A stretch of DNA of 62,212 nucleotides, counting the filler, from Choristocarpus tenellus KU-1152 (lineage: Eukaryota; Protista; Phaeophyceae): NCBI GenBank assembly GCA_964200185.2. It is 12 parts of 12 records of this genome, joined end to end, with 100 filler letters (N's around TTAATTAATTAA, not from the genome) between each part and the next. Parts side by side here need not be neighbours in the genome. Positions count along the whole stretch, not along the records: positions 1 to 4,276 come from CAXNAD020015335.1; positions 4,377 to 8,667 come from CAXNAD020015259.1; positions 8,768 to 13,343 come from CAXNAD020013945.1; 9 more parts are not named here. The stretch is one strand, 5' to 3'. Of this stretch, positions 1 through 11,900 are shown piece by piece. Positions within the stretch are counted from its first letter, which is position 1, and every line of letters begins with the position of its first letter. The notes beneath the pieces are model-generated. The model worked only from the letters and a program-made list of their open reading frames with translations. It was not told the origin of the DNA and searched no databases. The position numbers were made by a program, and so were the translations under genes.

Positions 1-3000
1 CCCCATACAACGGGTGTTTCCCCCCCTGCCCCTCCAGCAGTTGTAGTTGTGGGTCCCTTGCCCTCCTCAATTCCAGCAGCAATACTTCTCTCACCATTGT
101 CAGGAACACTAAGACTGGTTGGAATGATCCCAGTGCGGTCAGTGGGGGTAATACAGGATGCAACAGCATCGCCTGCCACCTCTTCTGCACCTGCCCCTGC
201 CTCAGTCCCAGCTAGCTGTGCACCACTACATGCAACAGCCTTTGAGGGTGAGGATATGAATGTCTTTTTCCATACGACAACACTGTTGGCCAGGTCACGC
301 AACTCCAAATGATTGCAGGGTAGAGGAGAGGATGCTTCCGAGCTAAAGAGAGGACACACCATTGGGCGACTTTCCTCTGACATATGCTTGAAAATCTGTC
401 ATTGTGGGATCCCACACAGGGGATGGATTGGAGTGAGGGGGGAAAGTGGGAGTGAGGCTTGCTTGTTTGTGAGATATAGAGTACCTTGAGATGATGGAAT
501 GAGGCATAAAACGGGTTCTACACCATGGCTTTGTTGGAAAAATGCATCTTCACAGGGCAACTGTGGAGATGTGGTAGGGTTAATAAAATGTAACACAGCA
601 TTTTGTCGGTCAGTTCAAAAACCAGCCCTATTCAGACCTTAGGGTGGAAGTTTCACTTGTGACAAACAGGATATCAAAGGCATACGAACAGATTTGCTGA
701 TAACAGTGGCTATCATTCAACACACACAATTATTTGGTACGGGAAGGATGCCCACACAGCACAGCAAAAGTAATACAAGGCATATTCAGGGTCAACATTG
801 GACAGGCACAGCAGAAACCTGGAAGGAATACCACCATGTCAACCCAAAAACTGCTGCACCTTATCCCACAGCCCAACATGTTTTCTTCACCTCAACAAGA
901 TCGAGATATTTGAGACAATTGAGAGAGCATGTAAAACCCTGCCCCGTTCTAGGTTGCCTCTCCACCCTCCACCCTCCACCAGACCTCACCAACTGTGAAA
1001 CCTTCTTCTACATCAATCCTGGACTCATATATCAAATATCGGAGGGACAACTACATCTCTTGCAATGGATACCATGCTCAATCCAAGTATTTGCATCCCA
1101 CAGAAATGTCTCTGATAGTACACTACTAATAGGGAGTCCAAACTACAAAAAACAGCAAACTGCCTCTCTGACAAGATCCAAGTCACCAAAATATGAACAA
1201 AAAATATCTTCCATGTATACAAATACTACACTCAAATTGCATCGGAGTGCATTTAAGCGCAGTTCTGTTTTCAAGTCTTCAGAGTCACTACACCAACAGC
1301 ACCCACATAAAACTGCAAAAATACAGGAGCAACAAGTCGCAAATGACACCATAACAAACCAACAAACACAAACCATAACCTACTCTACACAAGAGGTAAT
1401 ACCCGTGGCATTGTCAAGTTTACAAATCTTCTAAACTCCAAAAAGACTTCATCTACCACCCAATACGTCCACAAAATGACCAAGTTCCCACTGACCTTAT
1501 CCTCCTCCCTCTCCTTCCACATCCTTCGCTTCTCAGCACGCTCAAAGAGAGCATCTTCCATCATCGTGAAGGCCGCCTCACCCCCAACAGCCCGCACCGC
1601 CTCCAAGTTCTTTGTCCTTTTCTGACGAGCCTTCTTCTCCTTCCTAACCATATCCTCCGCTCTCTCTACCCCTTCATGCCCCCCCCCTACCCTGCTTGCC
1701 TCCTCCCTTCCCTCAGATTTTCTTCCACTACCCGATACCCCTCCGTAACAACTCCCTGTCGTGTCAGAATGAGTTGATGTAGAAGTCGAATCCTCAACGG
1801 ATGGCAGAGGTGGCAAGTTGCGTCGCCCGTGGCATTGATTGCCACTGATATCAGACGATGCCTCAGCCGCCCCACGAAGGGCAGCTAGAACAGCATGAGT
1901 CTTGACTTCAAGTCGAACCCAGAAGCCAATCAGATCAGAGAGAGGCTTGTGCCACCATAAGTGCAGGTCATAGTGGGTACGACCTTGTATGTAAAACTGA
2001 TGAATTTCCAATATTATAGTAGTGAGATCGGGGGGGGTGGGATACCACCCAGCCCAGCAGGAAGGGGAGGGGTGTGGAGTTTGCATTGGATACGAAGGTA
2101 TTTTCGTGTTTCCTGGTATGACTGGCCGATGTGGTTATGGTGAAACACTTGTGCAGTATTGCAGGCCTCAAGTTCAGAGGCCATGAATTCTGAGGGGACA
2201 CACAGGTACGCACTAGAGTGCGTGTGGAACTCCATTACACACTCTTACCACAAAAAAATAGACACTATGCGCGACATGCATCAAAAAAGAACTGCAACTG
2301 TCTGACTAGGTTTAGGGGCAGGACCACAACACTTCAACGAGTGCAACAGACACCTCCACACACCACGGGGTAAGGATGGCGCAACTTGCATAATTGCGTG
2401 TTGAGCATTTTAACAGGAAAGATATACTCACTCACCTGTCGGATCCACTCAAACTCGAGCTCGGTGAGGACAAGCTGCTCTGCCCTCCATTGCTTCAAGG
2501 TTCGCCTGTGTGCGTCCTTGAGCACAGTATTGCACCTGCCATATCCCAGGGCACACAACGCACCCACATGACTAGAATTACAGCGATGAATAATAATAAT
2601 ATGGTCACGTGCATTCGTCCGCATCATCAGCACACAAAATAGTAAAAACATAACCAAACCGGAAACCAGGCCACAAGACAGTCGTTCACACCACACCACT
2701 ACATTGGGCTAGGTAGGCAAAAGAACTTCACAATCGCCATGGAGACGCCCACACAATGAGGGGAAGCTTTCAAGCTGTGGTACCTAGGAAACTGGGCTTG
2801 GAGCAACAGTTGATAGATTGATCAAGGGAAGGGGCGGAGGGTCGCCTATCACTACTGACTGTATGTCACTGAACATACCAATGATTTCAAGTAATACAGC
2901 TCGAAAACCATACCAGAGCACTCCAGTGAGACTTGTGTCATTTTGTACCCCAGTGACTTCCACCCTTTCATCCACACTATTTGTCGACCATGACTTACCA

Positions 3001-4147
3001 ACCATACTTTACAAATGCAATTTTCTTTGACTTCGATAAAAATCCCTCTGTGTCAGGAAATCACTTCATGCACACAAAAACCCGTTGACCTATCCATGCT
3101 GTAGTTCTCTTGATAGCATTGCATTGAATTGCGCAGCACAAGTGCAATATCAATAAAATAAAAAAGAATGCGTGTGATCACCTTCTTACAATAAAATCCA
3201 AAGTATGGCCCTCTCCTTTCAAGACCCTGTGGGTACTTGCCCACCTGATGGAAGAACAGAAACATCATTCACGGGAGCACGAGGTGTATGAGCAGTGAGG
3301 GTGGGCAGTGGGGCATACGCACCTACATATCAAGAGTGGAGAGGTAGGCAAGTCCAAATCTGAGATGAAATTGGGCCTTCAAATATAGAAAATAATCTCA
3401 CACTTGCTTGCATACAATTGCAACAATCTTGCATGGTCCTCCCTGTTATTAGGGAGGTAAACATAGTCGATCTGTTGGTCGCCTGCCAGCTTCGACAATA
3501 AATCATAGATTGCCCTCTGATGCATATTGGGGGCTTGGGGGATCAGCATGATGGTATACCACTGTTGTAAACGTTTAACAAAAAAAGTGAAAGCATAGCG
3601 CATCATACCAACATTGGTTTCTTTCACATTCATACATATGCCACCGACTAAGCCCTAACCCTATTCAATGCATGCCTCAAATGAAGTAGAATTCCAGGCT
3701 CCAGAGCAAAATCAGTTTATCACATATTGCACATCAACTCCTTCAAAGCACCTCACTTCACCACAACAGTGCAGCGCCTTTCTGGAAGTGTCTGCATCTA
3801 AGTCGATACACCATCCGCAACAAATTTCACAGTATCATACGCACACGCCTCCCCAAGATTTCATGTGCTGTTGGAAGTCCTCGTTTGTTTTGTGTGTGTG
3901 TGTGTGCGCGCATCAATCTTTTGAGCTATAACTGCTTTCCAAGCAACCCTCTTAAGGACAAGAACATATCTCCGGAGTTGGTCTTACACATCAAAGCCCT
4001 CCCCACCCTCAACTCTCTCGTCATAACTTGCCTATGACTATCTCCAGCCAGTACCGCATGCTGATGGTGGTGGTTGAAGTCATCAAGGAGGAAGTATGAA
4101 GAGCGGGAGGGTAGTGAAACTGCTACAGGAGGAGCCACTGATGACTT
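1..4147 (-). CDS. FTO: Alpha-ketoglutarate/Fe(II)-dependent dioxygenase FTO (m6A/m6Am RNA demethylase), 3' portion; 5' part lost at contig gap, 3' end runs off window
   Basis: Five phase-compatible exons: ~4147-4032 (GC donor), 3244-3182, 2535-2436, 1996-1496, 395-<1. Spliced translation: ...SYFLLDDFNHHHQHAVLAGDSHR|WASTHRVLKGEGHTLDFIVRR|CNTVL...LTELEFEWIRQ|FYIQGRTHYDLHLWWHKPL...ALFERAEKRRMWKEREEDK|IFKHMSEESRPMVCPLF...SPLP. This matches vertebrate FTO motifs YFMLDDLNATHQHCVLAG..RFSSTHR, EVEFEWLRQFWFQG..WW and R..W..R in the same order. Confidence 0.9.
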
Positions 4148-4276
4148 CTTCCAAAGCAAAGATTTAAAGGGGGGGGAAGGGCATTTGGTGGGCAGGGGGG
4201 GGGGGGGGGGGGGGGGGGTTTTTTTTTTTTTTTTTATATATATCTTTTTATTTTTTTTTTTTGTGGGTGTTTGTTT

Positions 4277-4376
4277 NNNNNNNNNNNNNNNNNNNNNNNN
4301 NNNNNNNNNNNNNNNNNNNNTTAATTAATTAANNNNNNNNNNNNNNNNNNNNNNNNNNNNNNNNNNNNNNNNNNNN
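4277..4376. other. Artificial contig spacer (N44-TTAATTAATTAA-N44); also at 8668-8767, 13344-13443, 18295-18394, 26745-26844, 31051-31150, 34441-34540, 41332-41431, 44603-44702, 49306-49405, 58885-58984
   Basis: Eleven identical 100-bp blocks whose 12-mer core places stop codons in all six frames. Confidence 0.98.
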
Positions 4377-7300
4377 CCAAGTGTTGCTTCTGCCCTTGAC
4401 CAAGTCCAGGTGGCGATATTGGAGCGATTAAACATCACGGTTAAGCAGGTCCTTCGCAGGCTTCGCACCACCCATGTGATCACCCCATGCACACAGTGGG
4501 TCTCCTGATGCATGCATAACCAACCCAAGGCTAGAAGGGGGGGACCTCGACAGTGGGGGCTATTGGAACGTCAAGCTCCTCCACCTGGACTCTGGCCTTT
4601 ACTGGCCAATGATAGAAAGTTCTCGAGGGAGGAATATTCAGCTAAGTAGCATTGGGGAACATCCAGTAGTTGGTATCATGGCTATTAGGACCATCCCAGA
4701 GGACCAGCAGACATTGGGAGCCCCCCAGAGATTACCCTAAATCCCAGCAGGAATGAGCTACAGCACTTGGCCATCACCATGGAGGTATCTTCAAGGGGGT
4801 GAGTGTTCTCCTATCACAGCCCGGAGCCCCGGGGAAAGAAAAGACGTTCAGGGTACTGGTTCCCAAGCACCCGAACGAGAATCCATATGAGCTTAGAGGC
4901 AAGCCATAGTGGAGGCAAAGGATAGGGTGCAAAGGGATACAGGGTCTGGGGGACAACAGAACTGCCTGTACACCCCCCACCTCCCTGCAGATGGTCTTCA
5001 TGAGGGCAAACAGCAACTCTACTCCAGACCCTGATGGGATGCAGTCCAGCCATATCTGATCGGACACCATGACAGATGTTGGGCATGAAGAAGTGGCGGA
5101 GGCGTTTGCTAAGCTTTGGGAGCTAGCCTACACCTCCCTGGACTTTTTACCTCTGGAGGTTTGGAAGCTCCACACTACGTCCAGACTGTCCGCAATTGGA
5201 GAGAAGTGCCACCCAGTCACCTGTGGCTCTTCCCTTAGAAGACATGTGATTCAGTCTTCTGTGCAGACTGGCGCCCCTACCCGAAAGAATATTCGGTGGA
5301 ATGGAGAAGTTTGGCGTAGGGGTTCCAAATGGGGTGGAGTGTGCCCTACTGGACATTCGCCTAAGGAATGAGTGTGGCCAATGGGCATTGGTCTAGATGT
5401 AAGAAACGTCTTCAACAGCACACACCACTTGGCCTTCATCGAGGTTCTCCCTGAGACCCGACCAGGACTCCTACCCAACATGTCCAAGGTGTATGGGGAC
5501 ACCCATGATCTTCTTTTGCCCCTGGATGAGGGAGGGATGAAGATAATGCCATCGAGGTCAGGGGTACAACAAGGGACCCCCTTGGCCCCCTCCTGTATTG
5601 CATGGCAACCACCAAAGCCCTACATTGGGTCCAGCCTATCTTTGGACCCCAGGTGGTCTCCTTCCGAAGATATCCGGATGATATTTACATTTTCTGGAAG
5701 GGAAATTAACTGCACCACAATAGCTGCTTTTGAGCAGCTGAAGACTGATGCATATGAGGTATGCACCGCCCTCAATATAGACAAGACCTTTGCTGGACCT
5801 CCCCAGGGCCACTAGCCCACGCCCTCAGAACTAGAACTTCTGGTCACAGGAGAAATCAACCGGACCCTGGAACCAAATGTCTTTGTTGCACTAAGGGCTC
5901 CAGTGGAAACAGGTGAATTCATCCAAGCCCACATGGCTGGGGTGATTGAGAGCTCAGGTTCACGAATGATGGCCACACACCTGAGTGAGATGGAGGACAA
6001 ATCAGTTTCCTGACTCTTCAACTCCTGGTCCCTCTCTTCTCACGTAGATTATTTGGTAAGGGTCACTACCCTCCACCTGGCACGCTCCACCATGGACAAG
6101 CAGATAACACCTCACTGCGGACGCTGGAGAAGATAATGGAGGTAGCAAACTCAACGGGAGCCACTGACTTCTTTGAAGGGGTGTGTGAAAATGGGTCTCT
6201 TCGCCTGGAAACATACCAACAAGTACAGGTACAGATGTCCACAAGTTCGGGGTGGTGGGTCTATCCTCTATGAAGCATCACCAGCATGCAGCCTTTGTAA
6301 TATCACTGGTGGCCACTCCCTTCACCCTTTTAGCAAGGCAACAAGGGCCTCATGGAGAGTCTTTCTCACAAACCATATGTATGAGCCCCACATTAGGGCC
6401 CTGGGATCATCCATCCACACTCTCCTCTCGACAGGAGTCCCTTCAGAAGACTTGGCGGGAATTATTGGCCAAGGCTGGGTAGCCTAGGGGGAAACAACAA
6501 ACCCTACACCTGCCCCAGAGGTCCACACTCTAGCAGCCATTGATGTCGGGATCACAAGGAGGGCACAACATGCAGTCACTCGCCTCCTGAACAGAATCAA
6601 GTTCGACTCTTTCCGGACTTAATTGGCCAATCTACTAGATGATGTATATCAAGGGAAGGAAAATTCTTCGCTAGCCCTAGCACGCCACTGGAGCCAGTGT
6701 GGACAAGGGGCAAATGCATGGGCCTTCACACAACCCCTGGAACCAGCACACCTGTTACAGGCGCCCCTCAGAACTCACCTCCACAGGATGTACAACTCAT
6801 ATCCATTTCACAAATTAACGAACGTCAGCTCAGCAGAACAGGAATACTCTCGAACGAATCAATTAGCACAAGGAAAATATGTTTATCGATATCAGCAAGA
6901 AAGAATGCTAAGGGTGGGGTCTCAAGGTCAGAAGAACTGAGTTGTTTGGAGCCGTTTTTAGGATATCTTATCATCATTTATCGTTGGGGCTTCTTTGGTT
7001 TACAGACATTGGAATATATCTGAGAACCTTTGCGACCTTTCCATCTGGGAACCGTTGCAACTTTCCCCAGTTACAGATTTTATTCTGCAACTTTTAGCAT
7101 ATTGGAGTTCCCCCTTTTGGGGTTTCCCACGCGCGTACACGCTCGCGCCGGTTAAAGCGCGTGAAGAAATACTCGCACTATTCGCCTGTAACACACCAGA
7201 TCCCTCCTATAGAGATTAGACTCACTGCCAGCAGATCCCTCAGGAGGGAGGAGGCCCTATCCAACAGGTGCCCAGTGACTGTGTGCAGGAGGCATAATGT

Positions 7301-8120
7301 GGACACTAGATGCTTGTACCTGCCCCAGGGCAGGGGGACAGGTCCGCCCACACATACCTATCGTGAAACGTCTAGGTCAACTCTGCAAAGGAATGGGCAT
7401 CCCTTGCACTATGGAGGGCTGTAGCCCATTCACAGTAGACAGGAATTTCTGCATGGATGTGGTGTTCCGTGCTGGGGCACTTATGGACGCTGGATCAGCT
7501 CCCTACTGAGACAAATATGTCTCCTTCTAGATGTTAACGTTTGCAAAAATGCAAGCAGCCTCCCATCTACCACACTCATTCACCAGCAATGGCTTAGCTG
7601 CTGCCGCAGCTGAGGCGCGAAAGCTTAGCCACTACTAGGTTCTTTTGATCCTCATAGTTTTAACCTCAACACCTTCACGGTGGGAAGTTTTGTGCGCCTT
7701 GGTAACAAGCAGAACGTTTTCTGGATGAGTTGACTACACATGCGGTAGGGGGGAGCGGGGCAGGAGGTTACAGCAGGAAAGGAGTGTCAAATCCCGCTTA
7801 CGACAGATAGAGTCTGTCACAACACAAGTGGCTCTATCAACGTATATCTTGCTCTTGAAACTAAAGGCACCAGGGAGATGGTCAAGTAGGGGCATGTCAG
7901 ATCCTTGGGATGCTTCCCTAGCTCCTCGCCCTGTGATGTAGGGCTGAGCTAGGTTGGAGGCATGGCAGGGGAGTGTAGCATAGGTAGTCAAACAGTAAAT
8001 AGATTTGGAGAGATATCTTTCACATTTACAACAACTGTTACTTTTTCAGGGGTTCTATGATATTGAATCGGCTTTTCCCCTAACACATCTGCAAAATGTC
8101 AGATGCAAAATAATATATGC
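4377..8120 (+). mobile_element. Degenerate non-LTR retrotransposon, RT plus zinc knuckle plus restriction-like endonuclease (CRE/RLE-type)
   Basis: Frameshifted and stop-interrupted pieces: SRLSAIGEKCHPVTCGSSLRR; GLDVRNVFNS; SRSGVQQGTPLAP; YPDDIYIF (~5670-5690); LRAPVE..EFI; CPVTVC..CTCPRAGGQVRPH; CMDVVFRAG; AAAAAEARKLSHY. These are followed by a putative 3' UTR found again at 38305-38360 and 61310-61460. Confidence 0.85.
6753..7193. mobile_element. Solo LTR (441 bp) nested in the non-LTR element
   Basis: Starts TGTTACAGGCG and ends CGCCTGTAACA (perfect 11-bp inverted termini, TG...CA), flanked by a 4-bp duplication CACC (6749-6752 / 7194-7197). Removing it rejoins QPLEPAH-QIPPIEIRL in frame. 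Confidence 0.85.
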
Positions 8121-8919
8121 ATGATGGAGGTATGTTGCAACAGGAGAACAGAGATTGCAACAATAACGGTATATACAAGCACTCTTGTGAACATAACACA
8201 GTAGTAGTAGTAGTAGTATAACAGTAATTGTCGTTACCACAGAAAATATACATCTCTAGACAATATAATACGAATAAAAATATAACACTACGTATGTGCC
8301 ATAAGTTGGTGCCGCGAAATATCTGGGCTGGCCAAGTGAGAACAGCACCGAATCGGACAACAGCCCCACAGAATAAAATCGGGCTGGCAATCTCAACTCT
8401 CAGAAAAGGTGGGGGTTGAGCATCATCAGGTACAAACCCGAGGTGATTCAAGCCGTCGAAGTAGGGATCTTTTGGGGTGATTTTGAGACCAGAACTGGGC
8501 ACATCGAGGGTCAGAACGTCGGCATGGCAACCCTCCCGTCGATCCCCCCCCATAGGAAGGGTGCCCAAGTGTCCCTGAATACCAGGGTTGCGCTTGCAGT
8601 GTGGCACGCTGAGGGTGTGGTGGGCCTTCTCAACCTTCTATTAGCATCATCCACCAGTTTTCTACAGNNNNNNNNNNNNNNNNNNNNNNNNNNNNNNNNN
8701 NNNNNNNNNNNTTAATTAATTAANNNNNNNNNNNNNNNNNNNNNNNNNNNNNNNNNNNNNNNNNNNNCTGCACGGTGTATCGAGCCAATACGATAACATT
8801 TGCCCCGTAATATCCCCTACCCCCTAATCCTTGTCATCACTCACTGTATCAATACACCAGTGGTCCTTGCAGTGCCTTCTATCACTTGAGTACACGTGCA
8901 CTCTTGATCACAGTCTCAC

Positions 8920-11900
8920 CTGGCCACGATGGATAACTTGGTCCTCCAAACTTTGTGTCTCCACCCTTGATGAGATCAGCTGCTTGAGAAATCCTACCAT
9001 GACCTTGTCCTGTTCTCCTGTGAGGTGCACAGTGCTATTGACTCGTCTCAACTGTTCCTCGTAGAGAGCCACAAGACTAATCTCGCGGACCATCCACAGG
9101 AGATGGATATTCTTCTTGGATGAGTACCTTTCGATCACACTGAAAATGCAGTGCAAGTGCAGCAAAGGGGTGGGGGGTGAAAGAGAGCCAAGTGGGAGCC
9201 CAGGTATCAGAAGAGTAAGTCAGGGAACACATCATAAGGGATGCCACAAGAAAACGTAGGTTGGGGAAAGTGTGTGCAGAATGAACGCATCTATTTGGTT
9301 CAATACGAAAAAAGTTAAACTTCCCCTAGTATTCTATCGGATTATGAATATTCTCGGCATGATTAGTCTCCACAGGTCTATAGAGAGAACCGTCCTATAT
9401 GCCGATTATAGAAAATCCGTGTGCAGACCTCATGTACCAACGAAGGTATTTTTAAAAATACCCAATATCATTGAAAGAACCAGAGAAGTTTTATTTTATC
9501 AAACCCTAAGTTCAATTGTTGCGATAACACTGGCAAGTGAGGTAGGATGCTTCAACCACCTATACCCCACTTGATATTTCTTGACAAGAAGGGCGCCCAC
9601 CTGATGCATGGGGTGATTCCAACACCAGTGGCCACAAGAAGAACTGAGACCCCGACAGCATCAAGGAACCATGTGGTGTATTAGAGGGATACGATGGAGG
9701 GAGAGGAGAGGAGGGATTGTGGTTTCTCAACAGAGAAGAGTTTATTTATACTTTGCAAAAAATGCCACACAATATCACCGTCTTGTTGCTACTCCAGTCT
9801 ATTACCACTACAGCAAGAAACAGTGATGCAGCGGACAAAAATGGCAAGACAAGTCAAGACTTGTCCAGCCAATGCATCAACAGTGCAAGATGTAGCCATT
9901 ATCAGCTTCTTGCGAGGGAAAATCCACTTGAACATCAAAAGGATGAAATATCTGACATGAGTAAGGGGGGAACTTCTGTACAATATGCCCTTGTTCCCCT
10001 CTTCGCCATCATGTGATCGTTCTGCCTTTACCCAGACCATTCTTCATCAGGTGAAAAAAGTTTCCAAAATGGGAATTTCTTTGTTCGATCATTGACAAAT
10101 TGCTGGTTATTTGTGGTTATATATGTGATTGATAACTCAGACATCTACGATAGAACAGGTCGCTGTTCACAAAAGGAGCTTTGGTTCTTTGGACAGAACA
10201 ATCAGCATTCTGTTGCGACTGCTTAGAACCCAATATATTGCACCACTTGCCCAGGTCTAATCTGACCATTATCAAAGTCCAGGGCATGCTCCATACAGCT
10301 TGGCATAGCATTTGATATCCAGAGAGGCATTCGCGTATTCTGGAGGGCGAGAGTGAAGAGCTCCTTTGACCAATCGCCCACCACAGAAATGAAAAATGCA
10401 GCATGGTTTTCAGTCTTGTCCTGAGGACTCAGCTCCCTTTCTATGTCACCCTTGGCCCGGATAATGCTGAGAGCATGCCACTTTGGTGAAAATACAGGTA
10501 TGGCACACAGGAAGAAGAGTGAGGTCAGATTTTGGGAAGAATAAGCTACAAAAAAAAAATCTCTGTGGAGAGGAGAGAATTGGTTTTAAGTGTTAAGGAA
10601 CAACGTTTGTTCTATTTATTAATCAAGTTTAACAACATTTGTTCGAAAAATAGTTTACGCTGTCGGAACCTTGGAAATTTTCCAGCATCCTAGAAGTCAT
10701 TCTAAGTTGTTCACACCACACAATCGACAATCTTCATGTACGTGAGGGAAACTATAACTAAAGCCTTCACAGTGTCCCATCCGCCTTGCACATGAGCCTG
10801 CACATATATTCCCAATTCAGTTTCCCCTGAACCCAAAGTATCTGGGGGGGAGGTGGGGGGAGTCTACACCAGGGTGTCCATTTGGACCAAAATCAGGAAA
10901 AGTGTATTTACATTATCCATCCGACGTATGCAACCAAATCACCCAAAAATCGCGACATAAGAAAATTGACTCCAAATGGACAGCCGCCACCCCTCCCCCC
11001 CCAGATACTTTGAGCCCCTGACAAACTCATGCTGTTATGTGGAGCTAAAATAAAGATTATGAGGTTTAACTTAGCATCGGTACCTGGTGTGCAAACTTCG
11101 TTGTGAGACATTTCTAAGATAGGACTTTGCCAGTTCGAACTGTGATATTGTTATCGACACAGACCTCATGAGGACTGATTGTTGGACACATCACATAAGC
11201 GTATGATCCAGCTTGAAAGGAATAATGCTTGGGGAGAGTAACCGTGACGCATGTGCCCCCTCCAACAGCCTCATAGGTAGGGCTCTCAACGAGGTGTGTC
11301 CCCCGAAGGTAGAAGTACGTTAAATCTGCTACCAGGATGAAAAGAAGTATAGTCGAAAGTATACAAAGGGTGGAGCTGTGGAAGCAAATTGAGATCATAG
11401 CCGCACCCGCAATGTAGTGCAAGGCCTTGCGGGTTTCATAGGAGAACTAGCAGGAGAGGAGCAAACGACACGGAAAAAAGATCGAGAGGAGGGCAGCATA
11501 GTCAAGGGTCAGAACACATCTTCAAGGCGAACGGCCTGGCTGTATAGGGGCACACCGAGTGAGTATCAACAGACAACCAAACTTACGTTTTGTGGTATGT
11601 GACTTACTGAAACCAAGATGTATCGGCCGAAAAATTAGAAAACGACTACTCCCTTGCCCATTTCCTGCCCTTGCCCATTTCCTGCCCTTGCCAAGGAGTA
11701 ATTGGCAGCCTAGGAAACGGCCACAATGTAGGCCAAAATTCTAACATTTCAAAAGGATTTCTTGACACTCTTTCATACCTTGTCTTTGAGCCAAGCCCAC
11801 GACATTGGCAGCACAGAGACCAACAGCAGGATAACTGCAAATAGCCCAGACCGACTGACTGCATTATCAAAGAGCATTGCCCCATCCTGTTGCACGATAC

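Noticed and set aside
1-600. Copia integrase remnant on the minus strand
   Set aside because: The frame from 395 splices in phase to the preceding FTO exon and matches the FTO C-terminus. No DDE motif is present.
694-1434. 246-aa plus-strand ORF
   Set aside because: It is antisense within an FTO intron, has a non-ATG start, is compositionally biased and shows no motif.
8297-8667. Possible tyrosine-recombinase (DIRS/Ngaro) or LTR end
   Set aside because: There is only a vague resemblance. No convincing HxxR or GRW motif and no LTR pair.
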